DNA of 64,000 nt from Octopus sinensis (GCF_006345805.1 NC_043000.1:74958001-75022000), one strand, 5' to 3'; numbered from the stretch's first letter, positions 50,083 to 63,504 are shown. The notes: a model not told the origin generated them from the sequence alone. Program-made: numbers and translations.

Positions 50083-51250
50083 CTAGCAGTATAACCCGGC
50101 CTTGCTCGGGATTAAGTTACAATTATTAAGCTAATCAAGTTCTTTATTTCAAACCAAACTAAGTAATATAGATGTCAAATTTGGGCGAAATCTGTTGAAA
50201 TTAGTTATATTATATATATATTATATATATATATTATATATATATAATATAATATAAATATATATGGGCAACAGACACGAACACACATACACACACGTAC
50301 GTACACCTATTGCATGTTTTGTGCATGCATACATGTTCATAAACAGAAATGAATGGAAAAAATGTTAAATTTGTAGATTAACACTCGCACGATTTTCACT
50401 AAGAAAGAAAATCGTTTCTTTTGCGTGGAATCAACTACTCTGGCCTCAAAACTATTTTTGTGGTCCGTGAAACGGAATGGGGTGTGGTGAAAGCCTCGCA
50501 AATTGTACCCATTTATATTGTGTAATTCACTGACAAATTGTTACTCACCTTTTTGTTTCTTTGTTGTTAAATAGATGGATTGTCAACAAAACACTTTTTT
50601 ACTCGGCGTAAAATAAAAACAAAACTCTTTCACATCCAAAGTAATGTGTGTGAGAGAGAGAGAGAGGGGGAAGAAAGATGAACGATTTAAAATAAATATA
50701 TTGTAATTGTTGTGTGAGAAAGTATATATACTATTATAAAATATTGTGTCTTTCAAAAACAAAAAACAAAACATTTTACATGTTATTTTTTATGAACGTC
50801 GTCACTTACTCTCTCTCTCTCTCCCTCTCTCACTTTGTCTTTCCCATGAAACTCTCTGCCCCTCTTCCACTTTTCTTTATCTTATTTTTTTTTGTTAGAC
50901 GCTGTCAAAAAAGCTAAGGCTGAAAATAGATTTTTATGAACATCGGCACTTACTTTCTCTCTCTCTCTCTCTGCCTCCTTCTTTCACTTTTCTTTATCTT
51001 ATTTTTTTTTTGTTAGACGCCGTCAAAAATGCTATGGCTGATATTTTTTATGGCTAAACGCTATGGCTGAAAATAGATTTTTACGCTATCCGCAGGTGCC
51101 TCAGGAAAAAAATAAGTTGACTAAACCCAGATAGAGTGTTGACGAATGTCCTCCTAAAATTTGAGCGACATGCGTGCTAATTTGTGGATGTGCATAAATT
51201 ACAATCACGTACACACACACGCACACACATCATGCCTTTTATAGATATGA
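50083..51250 (-). mobile_element. Complete non-autonomous Helitron
   Basis: On - strand A|TC at 51250, 3' hairpin CCCG-AGCAAGGC-CGGG (50110-50095), CTAG|T at 50083; internal tandem duplication ~50770-51070. Confidence 0.9.
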
Positions 51251-51380
51251 TGTAGCTCTTGGTTGGTCATGACCAAAGGGAGATAATAAAGTAAATACTG
51301 CACCATGTGCACCAACATTCTCGTGCACCATACATTACAACAACTCTTGTTAAATTATGAATTATTTATTGTTATCATAG

Positions 51381-51538
51381 CTACCACCAATGCCACAACT
51401 ATATAGCAGTGAATTAGTTCAGTTGATACAGAATATGCTTCACCAGGATCCAAGCAGGCGGCCATCTGTCAGCAGGCTTCTTCGAATGAGTTATGTAAAA
51501 AAAAACATTGCCCAGTTCTTGGAAGAAACTCGTAAAAG
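51381..51538 (+). CDS. NEK4: NEK4-like kinase exon: end of kinase domain (LPPMPQLYSSELVQLIQNMLHQDPSRRPSVSRLLRMSYVKKNIAQFLEETRK)
   Basis: gttatcatag acceptor, AG|GTAAAT donor, phase 0 to 2; subdomain XI P..RP. Confidence 0.93.
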
Positions 51539-52403
51539 GTAAATACCCTCAAACAAACAAAGTTTGCATATTGATTTATTGTCAAAAAACAAGTAAATTT
51601 GTATGTAAAGTTGATGTTTACAGTCTTCTGGGATTCATTGGCTTCATTGACTTGCTTAATCTTCAGATTTAATGTCATTTACATTGATGTCATCCTATAT
51701 CTCTCTTGCATACATGCTTGCTTGTTCATTCATTTTACCTTTAAACTGACTTGATTTAGACAAATGAAAAACGTGACTGCACTGAAATATTAAAATGAAA
51801 ATGACCAAATAAATATTATTTTGGAGAACCTGCTCGTGGGTCATGAATTCAAATTTTCTGAAGGCATTTCATTGAGTTTCTGGTAGAACTTGAATCTATA
51901 TCAATTATCAGGAATAGAAACCAAATCATTTGAGAATAATGCCTATAGTAGTTTGATGTGCTATATGTACATAGGAAAATTTGTTTCTTGTCATCTTTGC
52001 ATTGTGAAACCAGCTTTTTGAGATCCTAAGTGATATTTATAACTGTGATACCAATTATAATGGCGGAGAGTAAAATACTTGTGGTTAAGAAGCTAGAAGT
52101 TCCATATACATGCCTGAATTTAGAGGAAAACCCAATTCTGAAATCTGACATTGTAAAGTTTCTGTTCTTTTTAGAGAAGACTCATGCTTTAACCTGTTAT
52201 CACTAGAGTAGAAGTAGAGGATTTTTTTTTTCACTTCTGATTGATATATTGAAGCTGTATCAAGGTAGGTTGTGTGGCATAGTTTGTTACATGCTAATGT
52301 TAAACTGTTTTATCAGTCAGTTTGTTGCTGTTGCTTTGTCTTTACTATCAAGCACCATATTACTAATATTCTGCATTAAAAATCATATTCTGTCTGTTTT
52401 CAG

Positions 52404-52857
52404 TCGTCGACCATTACCACCTACTCCAGATAAAACAGCTAAAGCAGAATCTTCCTTACCATCTTCATCATCTTACTCAGCACATCCTCATTCACATAAG
52501 CAATACTGCAATCCATCTGTTGCTAAAAAGGACCAACTAGATGGTAGAGCAAAAGTTGTTCATCCTGATGTTGAATGTATTTCTATAGATTCACAGAATA
52601 CTATGGTCAATGATACTCTGCCTGTTCAAGTAATACACAATAAGGAAATAGCTGCAAAAATAGGAAAAGAAGCTGAAAATGAATGTAGTAGTTCTTCACA
52701 TACAAATTCAATATCTGAAGAGCATTCTTTATCACCAAATTCTAGTATTATCTCATTATCTTCATCAACTCAGTCCAGTTTAAATGAATGTGCCTCAGTA
52801 ATGGAAGAAAGTGACTCAGGAACTCAAGACACAGTTATTAAAAACACTGTTATTCAG
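52404..52857 (+). CDS. NEK4: NEK4-like exon: Ser-rich low-complexity tail (RRPLPPTP...KNTVIQ)
   Basis: tgtctgttttcag acceptor, CAG|GTTAGT donor, phase 2 to 0; open frame is part of ORF 52249-52878. Confidence 0.85.
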
Positions 52858-52887
52858 GTTAGTAAATACTTCAACTGAGTTTCTGTC

Positions 52888-55085
52888 TCATCATCATCAT
52901 CGTCATTTAACACCCGTTTTCCATACTGGCATGGGTTAGATGGTTTGACTGGAGCTGCTAAGCCAGAGCTGCACCAGGCTTCAGCCTGTTTTGACTTGGT
53001 TTCTATGACTGGTTGCTCTTCCTAACACCAACCACTCTACAGAGTGTACTGGGTGCCTTTTGCATGTGACTGGCATAGGTGCCTTCTATGTGTCACTGGT
53101 CACAACAATGATTGCACTTAGCTTGATGTGTCTCCTCAAGTACAGCAAATCACCAGAAGCCTCAGTCACTTGTCATTGCCTCCGTATGACTCAACAACCA
53201 AAGCTCGTATTTCAACACCGCATCTCATTTCTACCTGGATCTACCTCTCCAACATATTCCCTCAACAATTAGAGACAGACACTTCTTTACTCAGCTGTCC
53301 TCCTCCATACAAATCATATGACCATATCAGCACAGTCTTCTCTCTCTTACACACTACATCTGCTGCCTTTTATACCCAATTTTTCTCTCAAGATACTTAC
53401 ACTCAGTTGCACGTGCACACTGACACTGCACATCCAGCAGAACATGGTAGCTTCATTTCTTTCAAACTTTTGCATATCCTCTACCATCATAGCCCATGTT
53501 GAAACATAACATATAGCATAGCTGTTCACACACCGGCATCATACAATCTGCCTTTTATTCTGAGGGAAAGGCCTTTTGTTATGAAGAAAGGTAGAAGCTC
53601 TCTGAACTTTGCCCAGCCCATTCTTATGTTAGTAGCTATGCTCTTAAAGCTTCCTCCTTCATTGCTGACTTGGTCATCTATTTAACAGAAGCTATCTACT
53701 ACTTCTATGTATCCTAACAAGCATTTGAGGAAATCTATTTTCTGTACATTTCTAGTATTCATTGTACCTGCACATCTGCCTCACACAAAGACTACTTTCT
53801 CTGTTACGCTTCATCTTATACTCCTACATCTCTTATGTGCCCATAACTTGCACATAAGGTACACCATATGGAGTTTCTACCTACATTTGTTCTACATATC
53901 GAGTAGTGCTATCTCCCTGAAAGGATTTGTGATTTATCTGTTTTCCCACTTTGGTCTTTGGTCTTTGCTAAATTAACTCTAAGACTCATTGATTCCAGAC
54001 TTTGCTTCCACACCTAAAATTTCTTGTTTAGTTCTGGTTGTAATTCAGCTATAAGAACAAAATAATCAGCATACAGGAGCTCTCAAGAGTTGCCCACTTA
54101 AATTTCTTTGTTATGACTTGAAGAGCTCTAATGAACAAGAGGAGGCTGAGAACCAATCTTTGGTGGACTCCTACCTCTACTCTGAATTCATTGCTACATT
54201 TGTTGACAACTTTCACCTTACTGGCAGCATCCCTGTACATGGCTTGTACAGCTCTCACTAACTGCTCATCTACCCCTTCCACATTGACCTCTACATAAGG
54301 GAGTGAGGGGACCCTGTCAAAGGCTTTCTCCATGTTAACAAAGCCAAGTACAGAGGTTTATTTCAGCTAAATATTTCTCCTGCAGCTGCCTTACCATCAG
54401 TAGTGCTTCACTCTAGCACGAAACCAAACTGTCATCTCATCTAGATTTATTCTCTACCTAATTAGTTGACCATCTGTGTAACTTTCATTACCTGGTCCAG
54501 CAATTTGATACCTCTGTAATTATTTTTGTCTAAGGCATCATCTTTATTTTTGTAGCATTTGACTATAATGCTGCTACACCAGTCATTAGGTATGACTCCC
54601 TTGTGGACTACCTGTTTAACTATATGGGTAACTAGACCATATCCCACTCTACCAAATATTTTAAGCATCTCAGTGATGATTCTTGATGGGCCAGGGGCTT
54701 TCCCTGTCTTCATATTCTTAATTGGTTTATCTACCAAGCTACTGTCTATTCGAATAGCTGGTCCATCTGTTGGATCCATATTAGGCATATTCTTCTTCTC
54801 CCATGTGTTTTGTACATTTAGTAGCCTTTCATAGTGGCACTTAAAAGCCGCTTTCTTTGCAGGAGCACTGCCTGCAAGTGAACCATCATCCATGTGAATT
54901 CACTTCTCTCCAACAACAACATGATTTTCCCTGACACATAGTCTTGCAAACTGCAACACCTCAAGCCACTGGTCCTCATGCTGCAGAACATTGGCAAGCT
55001 ACTTCCTTTTTGCTTCTCCTCTGGCTTCGCATCTAGCTACTTGATAGTTTTTTGCTACCATCACCTTTTCAATCCTTCCAGGTCT
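52888..55085 (-). mobile_element. Old degenerate RTE LINE
   Basis: CAT tail; ORFs 54462-54893 (MKTGKAPGPS, NNYRGIKLLD) and 54049-54333 (MEKAFD). Confidence 0.9.
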
Positions 55086-55212
55086 GTTGAATATTTATAA
55101 ACCTAAGGTAGATTGAATTTAAAATATGGAAGATATTAACTTAAGACAAGGATACTTTAAAACTTTATAAGTTGAAATCTTTCTGATGAAAATAATACCT
55201 AGTTTGAGTTAT

Positions 55213-55870
55213 ATCATCATCATCATCATCTTTTAATGCCCATGTTCCATGCTGGCATAGGTTGGATGATTTGATAGGATTTGGTAGTTCTGTGCATTGC
55301 ATCATGCTTCAGTGTCTGCTTGGCAGGGTTTCTACAGCTGAATGCCCTTCCTAATATCATCCATGTTACAGAGCATACTGGGTGTAACTTTTGTGGCACC
55401 AGTACCAGTGATCTTGCCATGCAGTTTGCAAAGCTAAGTTCCTTTTTAACTGAGTGGTTCTACAATAGAGAGAGAGAGAGAGAGAGTAGGCTTTATACTA
55501 GGTGATGAGAGGTTAAAATATGAAAGATACAAGAACAGAACAGGTTTCTTGTAGAGGACTACAAAGTTGTTCCTACTATAGAAGAGTTGGTGTTAAGTAA
55601 CTGAGGTTGGGCTGGAAAGAGAGGTAAAATAATGGTGATGAAGTGTCAGGTTGAGCCCTGAACTTCAAGAAGGTAAATAAAGATAAATGGGAACAATGGG
55701 GATGAGTATAGGTTGCAAGAATGTATGAGGAAGGTGAGGGATGGGTTTGAGATGGGGAATGACTGGAAGAGTGAGAGAAAATTAGGTCATGCTTATAAAG
55801 ATTGGGTAGGGTTGATAGGTGGATGTAGTGAATAGTAAGGTAAGGGTGAAGAGAAGCATAGAGCTAATGT
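55213..55870 (-). mobile_element. RTE-type 3' end with long purine-rich (+ strand) UTR
   Basis: (CAT)n tail at 55213 then CCATGCTGGCAT.GGTTGGATG; homologous to 12541 and 56752 segments. Confidence 0.65.
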
Positions 55871-55925
55871 TTTAAAAGTCTTATTCTCCTCAAAATACTT
55901 TAGAATGATTTTTATATTTTTTCAG

Positions 55926-56018
55926 CAAGATGAAGAAAAAGCGAAAAATGCAGCTGGTCCTAAGGGAAAATTTATGCCTTTAAATATTCATAATGGAACA
56001 GAGTCAATTTTGAAGAAG
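55926..56018 (+). CDS. NEK4: NEK4-like exon (QDEEKAKNAAGPKGKFMPLNIHNGTESILKK)
   Basis: atttttttcag acceptor, AAG|GTACTC donor, phase 0 to 0, unique sequence between repeats. Confidence 0.7.
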
Positions 56019-56533
56019 GTACTCCAGAAAAAAGTTCTTCAATGTTTTTTTTAAATGTGGTTTGAGAAAAAAAATATAAGTATAGGATATATATATATAT
56101 GTAAATATACACACATTCATGTATTTTACATGTTACTTTGTCTTTTAACATGTTAGTTTGTGTTTTAAACCCATTTACATCATAGGATGTAAACAGGTTT
56201 AAAACATACTTATTCTGTTATTGACCTCTGCAGACAATATTGCAAGTGCTGCATTTGATTGTTATTTGAATCTTTCTCATTACATTCATATGAAAATATT
56301 TTACAGTCATACATTTCCTACAACAATTGTTAAATATATATTTTCAGTTGTAATTGCAAAAACTTATTTTGATAACAATTGTATTAGGACACATCAAGTA
56401 AACACATGGCAACAGCAAAACACTACTGACAAAACAACTTCATATGATTCATACTGTAACATATCTTGATACAGCTTCAGTACACAATCTCAGTTAAAAT
56501 CTAGTAAACATGTACATACTTTCCTTTTTGTAG

Positions 56534-56692
56534 CATTCTGCTGAAAAATCTCGTCCTTTACCACCACCACCAGTCATTGATATAGGTAATAGTGAACCTC
56601 AGAACACAAATAGTTGTGTTCCTCGATTATCATCAAGTTCATCAAGTTCAAAAGAGTGCAGTTCTAATCTTGGTGAAGGTGAAGCTCCAAAG
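56534..56692 (+). CDS. NEK4: NEK4-like exon (HSAEKSRPLPPPPVIDIG...GEGEAPK)
   Basis: ttcctttttgtag acceptor, AAG|GTAAAG donor, 53 codons, phase 0 to 0. Confidence 0.78.
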
Positions 56693-56751
56693 GTAAAGTT
56701 TATGTGGTGTATTTGTAATTCACTTTGTTCGCTAGTCACATATTAATCCCA

Positions 56752-57480
56752 TCATCATCATCATCAATATATGTGTTTTTCCATACTGGCGTGGTTTCTA
56801 TGGTTGGATGCCCATCTTAATGCCACTCACTTTACAGAATATACTAGGTACTTTTTTTGTGGTACCAGCACCAGTAAGGTCACCTGGTTGCAAAATAAAG
56901 TCCCCTCAACTGGGGTGAGGTAACATTTCGGAAGCTGGCTTTGTGCCAATTGAAGAGAAGTTAAAAGAATAATAGATAGAGATAGGTGTCCTGCTGTAGA
57001 AGAGCTACAAGAATATCCCCATTGGAGAATAAGGGGGAGAAAGATAGAGATGGAAAGAGAGAGATGGTGGTGGGTTTGTGTCAGGACATACTCTTAAGGC
57101 ACAGTGGGGAGGGGGAATATAGGTGAAGTCTTACAGAAGATTGGACTAGGCAAAGGTGAAAGTTTCATAAGAATGTGTGGAGGGATGGTTATATAGGATA
57201 GAGGTGACTGAAGTAATTGATGGTGTGAAATATAGGTGTGACTCAGTGGAGGTTCATGTTGAAATTTGTTGCCTATATAATTATTTCTAACTGTAATTAC
57301 TTCTATCTTCCTTTCCTGTGTAACAGCTGCTACATCAGTCATTGGAGATGTTTTCTTCTTGAATAACCTGATTAACTATATTGGTGGCCGAACCATATCC
57401 TACTCTACCAGATATTTTAAGTATCTCAGCAGCAATTCCTGATGGGCCACACACTTACTTTGTCTTCATATTCTTAATTG
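56752..57480 (-). mobile_element. RTE-type 3' end joined to an RT fragment
   Basis: CAT tail, GA-rich UTR, then homology to the GKAPGPSG region at 57360-57480. Confidence 0.65.
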
Positions 57481-57489
57481 CCTTATCCA

Positions 57490-60440
57490 TCTTTAATAGT
57501 TTGAGATATGTATTTGTGATAGCAATGTATTAGGGAATCAAAACAGGCATGCATGTATCATTCATGAATATCTTTTTGTGAAGAGCAAGCAATAAATTCA
57601 GGTAATACAGATGTTTGGTGAAGATGATTTATTCATTGTAAAATGCTAAGGCATCTTGGTATGTAAACTTACAAACTCTGAGTGTGTGAATTCAAAGTGA
57701 CACCAGATGTAGGGCACTGAAACAAAGAAAGAGAGCTATCAGTCTTAGCTGTAGGCAGTTGGCAAGCTGACTGCCCAAAGGAAAAATAGGCTGAGTCCTG
57801 TCAGTTGGGCTCCTTATATGCCTTTCACAACTTTCATTATCTGTAAGGGCTGTTGTGTTTTGTGCATGAGTCATGGCGGCCTGCTGTGTCCCTTCCAGGC
57901 TTTTATGTTTAGCCCTGAGACAATCCAAGTAGGGATGATGGATATGTTACAGACTCCCTTGGCAATCGTGAATTTATGGCAAAACATACCAGGAGCCTTT
58001 ACGGTACAAAATAATAAACCAAAGGAAATGTAATATGTAATACAATAATAAAAATAGGGTGCAAACACAACAATGAAAATAGCATGCATAAACAATGAAA
58101 ATGGCATAAAAACAAAATATGAAAAAGTTCATTCAATATTCCTTTAGATGTAAGTATGAGTCAATTTTTGTGGCCAATGCACATTTTGTACGCTACTAGT
58201 AGTTACGGAGGGCGAATTTGAAGTTTGTTGTGTGGGCAGTGTCTGTTGTGCAGTGTATGCATTATGTGGAATGGGAGTGGGAACAGTTGTGTCTATGTAA
58301 GCCTTTTTCAGTCTATCCACACTGACAGTGTCTTTCACACCTTTATAGTCAATAGTGGCAATTTTTTCTGAATGGGATGAAACTTGGTAAGGTCCTTGGT
58401 ATGGAGGGGTTAACGGGTGGCTAACTGCATCATTTCTCATGAAACCATGAGTCCAGGATGATATGTTTGCAGGAACATAGGTTTTAATGGATTGCTGTCT
58501 TGTGTTGGTGGGAAGCAAGGTCTCCATGTAATGTCTAAGACAAACCATGTAGCTTGTGTAATTTTTTGAATGCTATGAAACTGGAGTGATTGTTTGAGCA
58601 GGTAATGAAAAAGGTGATCCATTCAACAATTGGTAATCCATAAAGGTGATCTATACAAAATGTCTGCTTTGACAGCAGAACTAAAACCAAGAAGAAAAAC
58701 GGGCAAATATTCTGTCTATTTCTGTGGGTCAGGATATGCACACAGAGATGCTTTTAATTGGCAATGGAATCACTTGATGCATCCATTTTGGACATGATGG
58801 TAGCTTGTGTGTGGCTACATCTTGATCCTAAGATTTTTGTCAGATCGTGGAAAAGATGTGATTCAAATTGTCAACCTCTGTCAGTTGTAATTGTTGCAGG
58901 TGTACCAAAACGAGAAATCCAACCTGATACAAGTGCCTGAGCGACAGTTGGTGACGATATATGTGGATATGCTAGAAATGTGCATCCCAGTGGTGCTTTG
59001 ATTGGTGCTTTGATGTGCCTGTGAACCTTCATATTCTGGCAAGGCAGGCAGTTCCTGGTCCAGTTAGTGATGTCTTGTCTCATGTTGGACCAGATGAAAC
59101 AAGTTGAAATTAGCTTCAAAGTGGCAGCAATGCCAGGATGTGAGATGTCATATAGTGCAGAAAACACTCAGCATCTGTGGTTCTTGGGCACAAATGGATG
59201 AGGGCAATTGGTAGAGATGTCACAAAGAATCTCAGAGTTGGAAGTTATTACAGGTAGGCCTTGTAGGTCAAAGGAGAGAACTCTGGTTTGTTGTTATCTA
59301 TGTCCTTTGCTCATGGTTGATCTTTTGCCATGGCATCCAAATCAATCTCAGCAGGTGAGAATATGGAGTCGATAGACAAACAAGACTGAGCATCAACAGT
59401 GATATTCTCTTTTCCAGGAATGTGTCACATATCACTTGTGAACTGGGAAATGAAATCCAAGTAACATATCTTGAGGTTAGAATTTGTCGAGCTTGCATTT
59501 CGAAGCAAAGGATAGCAGCTTGTGATCTGTGTAGATTGGGAAATTCTTGCCTTCCAGCACGTGCTGGAAATGTTTCACTGTGAGGTAGATGGCGATCAGT
59601 TCATGACTGAAAGTACTGTAATGAGCCTGGACTGGTTTGAGCCATTTTGAAAAGAACATAAGAGGTTTCCATTTGGAACTACACTGTTGGTGTAACACAA
59701 AATCAACAGCAAGGTCCGAAGCATCTACAGACAATGACAGCTTTGTGTCAGGAGCCTGATAGGTCAGCATAAAGACATGTGATAAACTCTGTTTGATATC
59801 CTGAAAGGATATCTGGGTAGAAGTGAATGAGACAGGTTCATTTGTTTTCATTCTGTTCTGCAACATATCTGTAAGGGGTACCAATATTTGCGCACAGTTA
59901 GGAATAAAATGTCAGTAAAAATTTATGAGGCCTAGAGAATGATGGAATTGACACAGTGAAGTAGGTAAAGGAATCTTTTTGACGGCATCAACTTTTTTGG
60001 CTAAAGGCCTGATTCGATGGTGTATCCCAGGAAGGTAAGGAAGGAAGCTCTGAAAACACATTTTGTAACATTAATCCAGGTATTATGCTGTCACAAATGA
60101 GCAAATAGCTGTTGTAGATGACTTTCATGTTCTGCTTCTGATGAACTGGCAATGAGGAGATCATTGATGTATGCATATACAAAATGGAAATCACAGATGA
60201 CTTTATCTATGAAGCATTTGAAAGAGCTCGCAGCGTTGCGTAATCCAAATGGCATTGTTAAATACTCGATAGCGCCAATGGGAGTAGTTACAGCAGTTTT
60301 TGGAATGTTAGTAGGGTGGGTGGGTCTTTGGTGATATATATGGACAAGATCTAGTTTAGAAAAAATAGTACTGCCGTGTAGTGAAGTTGTGAAATCCTGA
60401 AAGAGTGGAATGATCATCTCTGATGTTATAAATATTTCAG
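57490..60440 (-). mobile_element. Ty3/gypsy element (RT, RNase H, integrase, 244-bp LTR 57951-57708, then PBS and gag-like start)
   Basis: [28 protein letters not shown]; VDASD..TDHK; HDISHPG..CLPC; ITTDRG; YQGPYQV; LTR TG..CA. Confidence 0.9.
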
Positions 60441-60459
60441 ACGGAATATTCCCAGGAGA

Positions 60460-62190
60460 TAGTCATTCTATCATTCTGTTTATTTTGTCATTAAATCCAT
60501 TATTATTTCTACTATAAAAATTCAATGGTCACATGTTTCAGATTGCAACTTTTAAAGATACCAATGTAACCCATAATTTCTTTGTGGATGACTTGATGAT
60601 CTATGCTAAAAGTGTTTACAATGCCAAAAAAGTTGGACTTAACATTTTTCAGCTGACATAAGAATGGAATTTGGCCAATAGAAGTGTTCATAATTGATTG
60701 TTGAACATGAAAAACCAATCTCCCAAATCCCCCAAACCTGTGCATCAATGGTCTCTCCATATTTCCTGTTCCATGTAAAGAATGCTAAATATACCTTGGC
60801 ATTGATGAAAACATATACAAAGGTTTCCTTGCCTTGACATTGTATTATAGATGTAAGCCTCAACAAATTCCCTCTGAACCATGTGAGCACGAAAAAGTAG
60901 AGGATAATGATAATGATGATGACTCAAGAATACTACACCAGACTTAGAAAAAATATAGTAGTTGGAAATTTCCTCTTACAACACAATACATTTAAAGCAT
61001 CAATGCTGATACCAATATTTGGATTACTTGATTGGGCTGTAGAGGGAATTCTCAACATAGACATTAAAACCTGTAAGATCCTGACATCAGCTGGAAGCTT
61101 CCACAGAAACAGTGATATCAACAAGCCCTACCTTAGAAGAGGTAATAGAAGTAGAGGCTTGAGATCAGTGCAAACAGCCTTCAAATGTATAGTATTTCTC
61201 AGACAGCATCTGCTAAACTACAGCAGTTAAATGCTTAAACCTAATACTGAAAAGAGAAGAAAACAACATCTTATATGTCAGCAGTGACCTTCTCAGGTAG
61301 CACTGTCTTCTTGACAACTCATACAATTGAAAAGCAGCTGGGCTAACATACCCCAAAGAAAATCTGTATGTGAAATGCTCAGCATACCAAAAAAACAAAA
61401 CAAAAAAAAAACAAAGACTATGCATGGGTATGTTTCCCACAGATGGCTGTAATATTGACATAATGTACAGCTTTTCTTGGTCTCATGAATGCTACATCAA
61501 ATTGTACTTTGAAGGCTGTGCTTTTGCAATCCAAGAGCAGGAGATTGCAACAAAACACCTAATAAACAAAAAGGACAGTGAAGTCCTTGGTGCCCCAAGA
61601 TTCAACTGGAAATGTCAATTATGTCACATCATATGTTTAATCAGCAACTGCCCAAAATTGTCATCAAGATATTACTTCCCAATGCAAGTCTACATTGCTA
61701 AAATAATATACAGTGCCATCTGAAAAAAACTGTTCTTGGATGAATATAGAGAGCACCCCTGTTATTGAATATGTACATAACCATCAACACCAGGAATATT
61801 GGTGGAGCATTCTTATCAAAACTTCTACCAAGTGCACATATAACAGGTTGGATATTGTTGTTTGGAACAGACAAGAAAAAGGATGTACTTACTCATAGAT
61901 CAGCTATCCTGCTGATGTGAATATTTCTTCAAATGTCAAAGACAAAGAGAATAATTATAGACAACTGCTTCGAAACTTTCAACTTCTATACTCAGATTAT
62001 AAATTTACATTTATATCATTAATAATTGATGCATTTGGTTTTGTGAGTAAATGCCTAAAATGACAGTCTGGAAAAGTCAGGATTTTCAAAATAAAAGAAA
62101 TCAACCATTTAATATGCACATTACAAATTCAATCTGTGAGTGAAACAGTAAAAATATGCAAGACTTTTCTCAAGTTCACAATGTGAATAT
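60460..62190 (+). mobile_element. R4/Dong-like LINE with restriction-like endonuclease, 5'-truncated and decayed
   Basis: FFVDDLMIYAK, KYLGIDE, LRRG.RSRGL, KCQLC..HII.LISNCPKL (CCHC), RLDIVVWNRQEKGC...D (PD-D/E), AFGFVS. Confidence 0.82.
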
Positions 62191-62669
62191 GTTTATCTAC
62201 ATTCCAACAATAGAGTTTTGTAGCTTTGTTAGAAACCACTTTATTTAAAAATAGAAGAGAACATACATACATACACTACACATGTGCTCACAAACATACA
62301 CACAATTATGAAGTGAGGTTGTTAATGTACTTTTCAGAAAAAACAAAGAGTGCTCTATGCATAATTTTTGTGAAAGAATGCGAAGGCTGCATTGATCAAC
62401 AGCTGTAAGTTCAATCATCTTAACATAAAAAAAAGATATAAAGAAAAATGTATTGCCATCATCATCATCGTCTGCATCTTGTTTGCATGAGATGGTTGGG
62501 CCTCTCCAACACAGCATCTCATCATTTGTTGCATTCCTTTGTCAACTTCTATGTTTATGCATGGTTATGTGTCATCAGTTATAAACACTGAATCAGTTAT
62601 TCATAGTCCACTAAGAACTTGTCAATCTGGATTTAATTAAGCAATGATGATTAAAACAAAGTTGTGCAC

Positions 62670-62749
62670 ATTTACATTCTACCAGTATACGAAGTTTTAA
62701 AGTGTTTAGTTAACTAGAAATTGTCTGCTGTTCAAAAGGAAAAGATCCC
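62670..62749. repeat. Diverged solo remnant of the foldback terminus
   Basis: ACCAGTATACGAAGTTTTAAAGTGTTTAGTTAACTAGAAATT..GAAAAGATCC resembles 38488-38554. Confidence 0.7.
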
Positions 62750-63504
62750 ATATTTACATTCAGATGTTAAAAGTGACTCTCTTGAAGAAGAAATTCTCCT
62801 TATAGACAGTATGTGTGTGAAAATATATTGTACTTGGCATGTAGTCTATTAGGAGAATTTATTCTTCAAGACAGTAACCACAGCAAAGGTCTTATGATGT
62901 TTCAGTGCATATGAACATTTTAAATATAAAGGTACACAGCTTTTCATTGACCACTCACCCCCACTGTGCCACCATACTATCTTGCCTCCCCCACCAACAT
63001 ATGTCTCGTCCACCTCATGCACTATGTATGTCTTACTCTTCCCATCCACTTCTGCAACCTACTCAACAGCATGTAATCTCTCTCTCACTCTCTCTTTTCC
63101 TGTTTACTCTATCATCATTACTATGCTTCTGCAAATATCCTTTATTTCCCCACTCACTCCTGACCCCACTCAATGGGCAAGCAAGCTACCAATTGGCTGG
63201 CTGGCTTCTGCACAGTTTTCATATGCCAATGTCACTTGCAAGGTACTAGTCAGTCTTGTTCTATAGTTAATGTGCCATGTAGGGAGACTGAACCCAAAAC
63301 CATTTGATTATAAAGTGAATTTTTTAATCTGTAGTCTTGCTTGTACTTGTTAATGTAAGATAAACACAGATTACATACCTGAACTGTGGTTTCATTTGAT
63401 CGGTTCTTTGATCAACCACACATATCAGTGTGTTGAAAAGCATATATAATATTTTCAAATGCATGAGTAAGAGTTATAATAATGAAGGTTGCTTTTAATT
63501 GTAG

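Noticed and set aside
52249-52403. N-terminal part of the 209-aa ORF as coding
   Set aside because: Lies upstream of the acceptor at 52403 and is intronic polypyrimidine-rich sequence; the final VSKYFN is donor read-through
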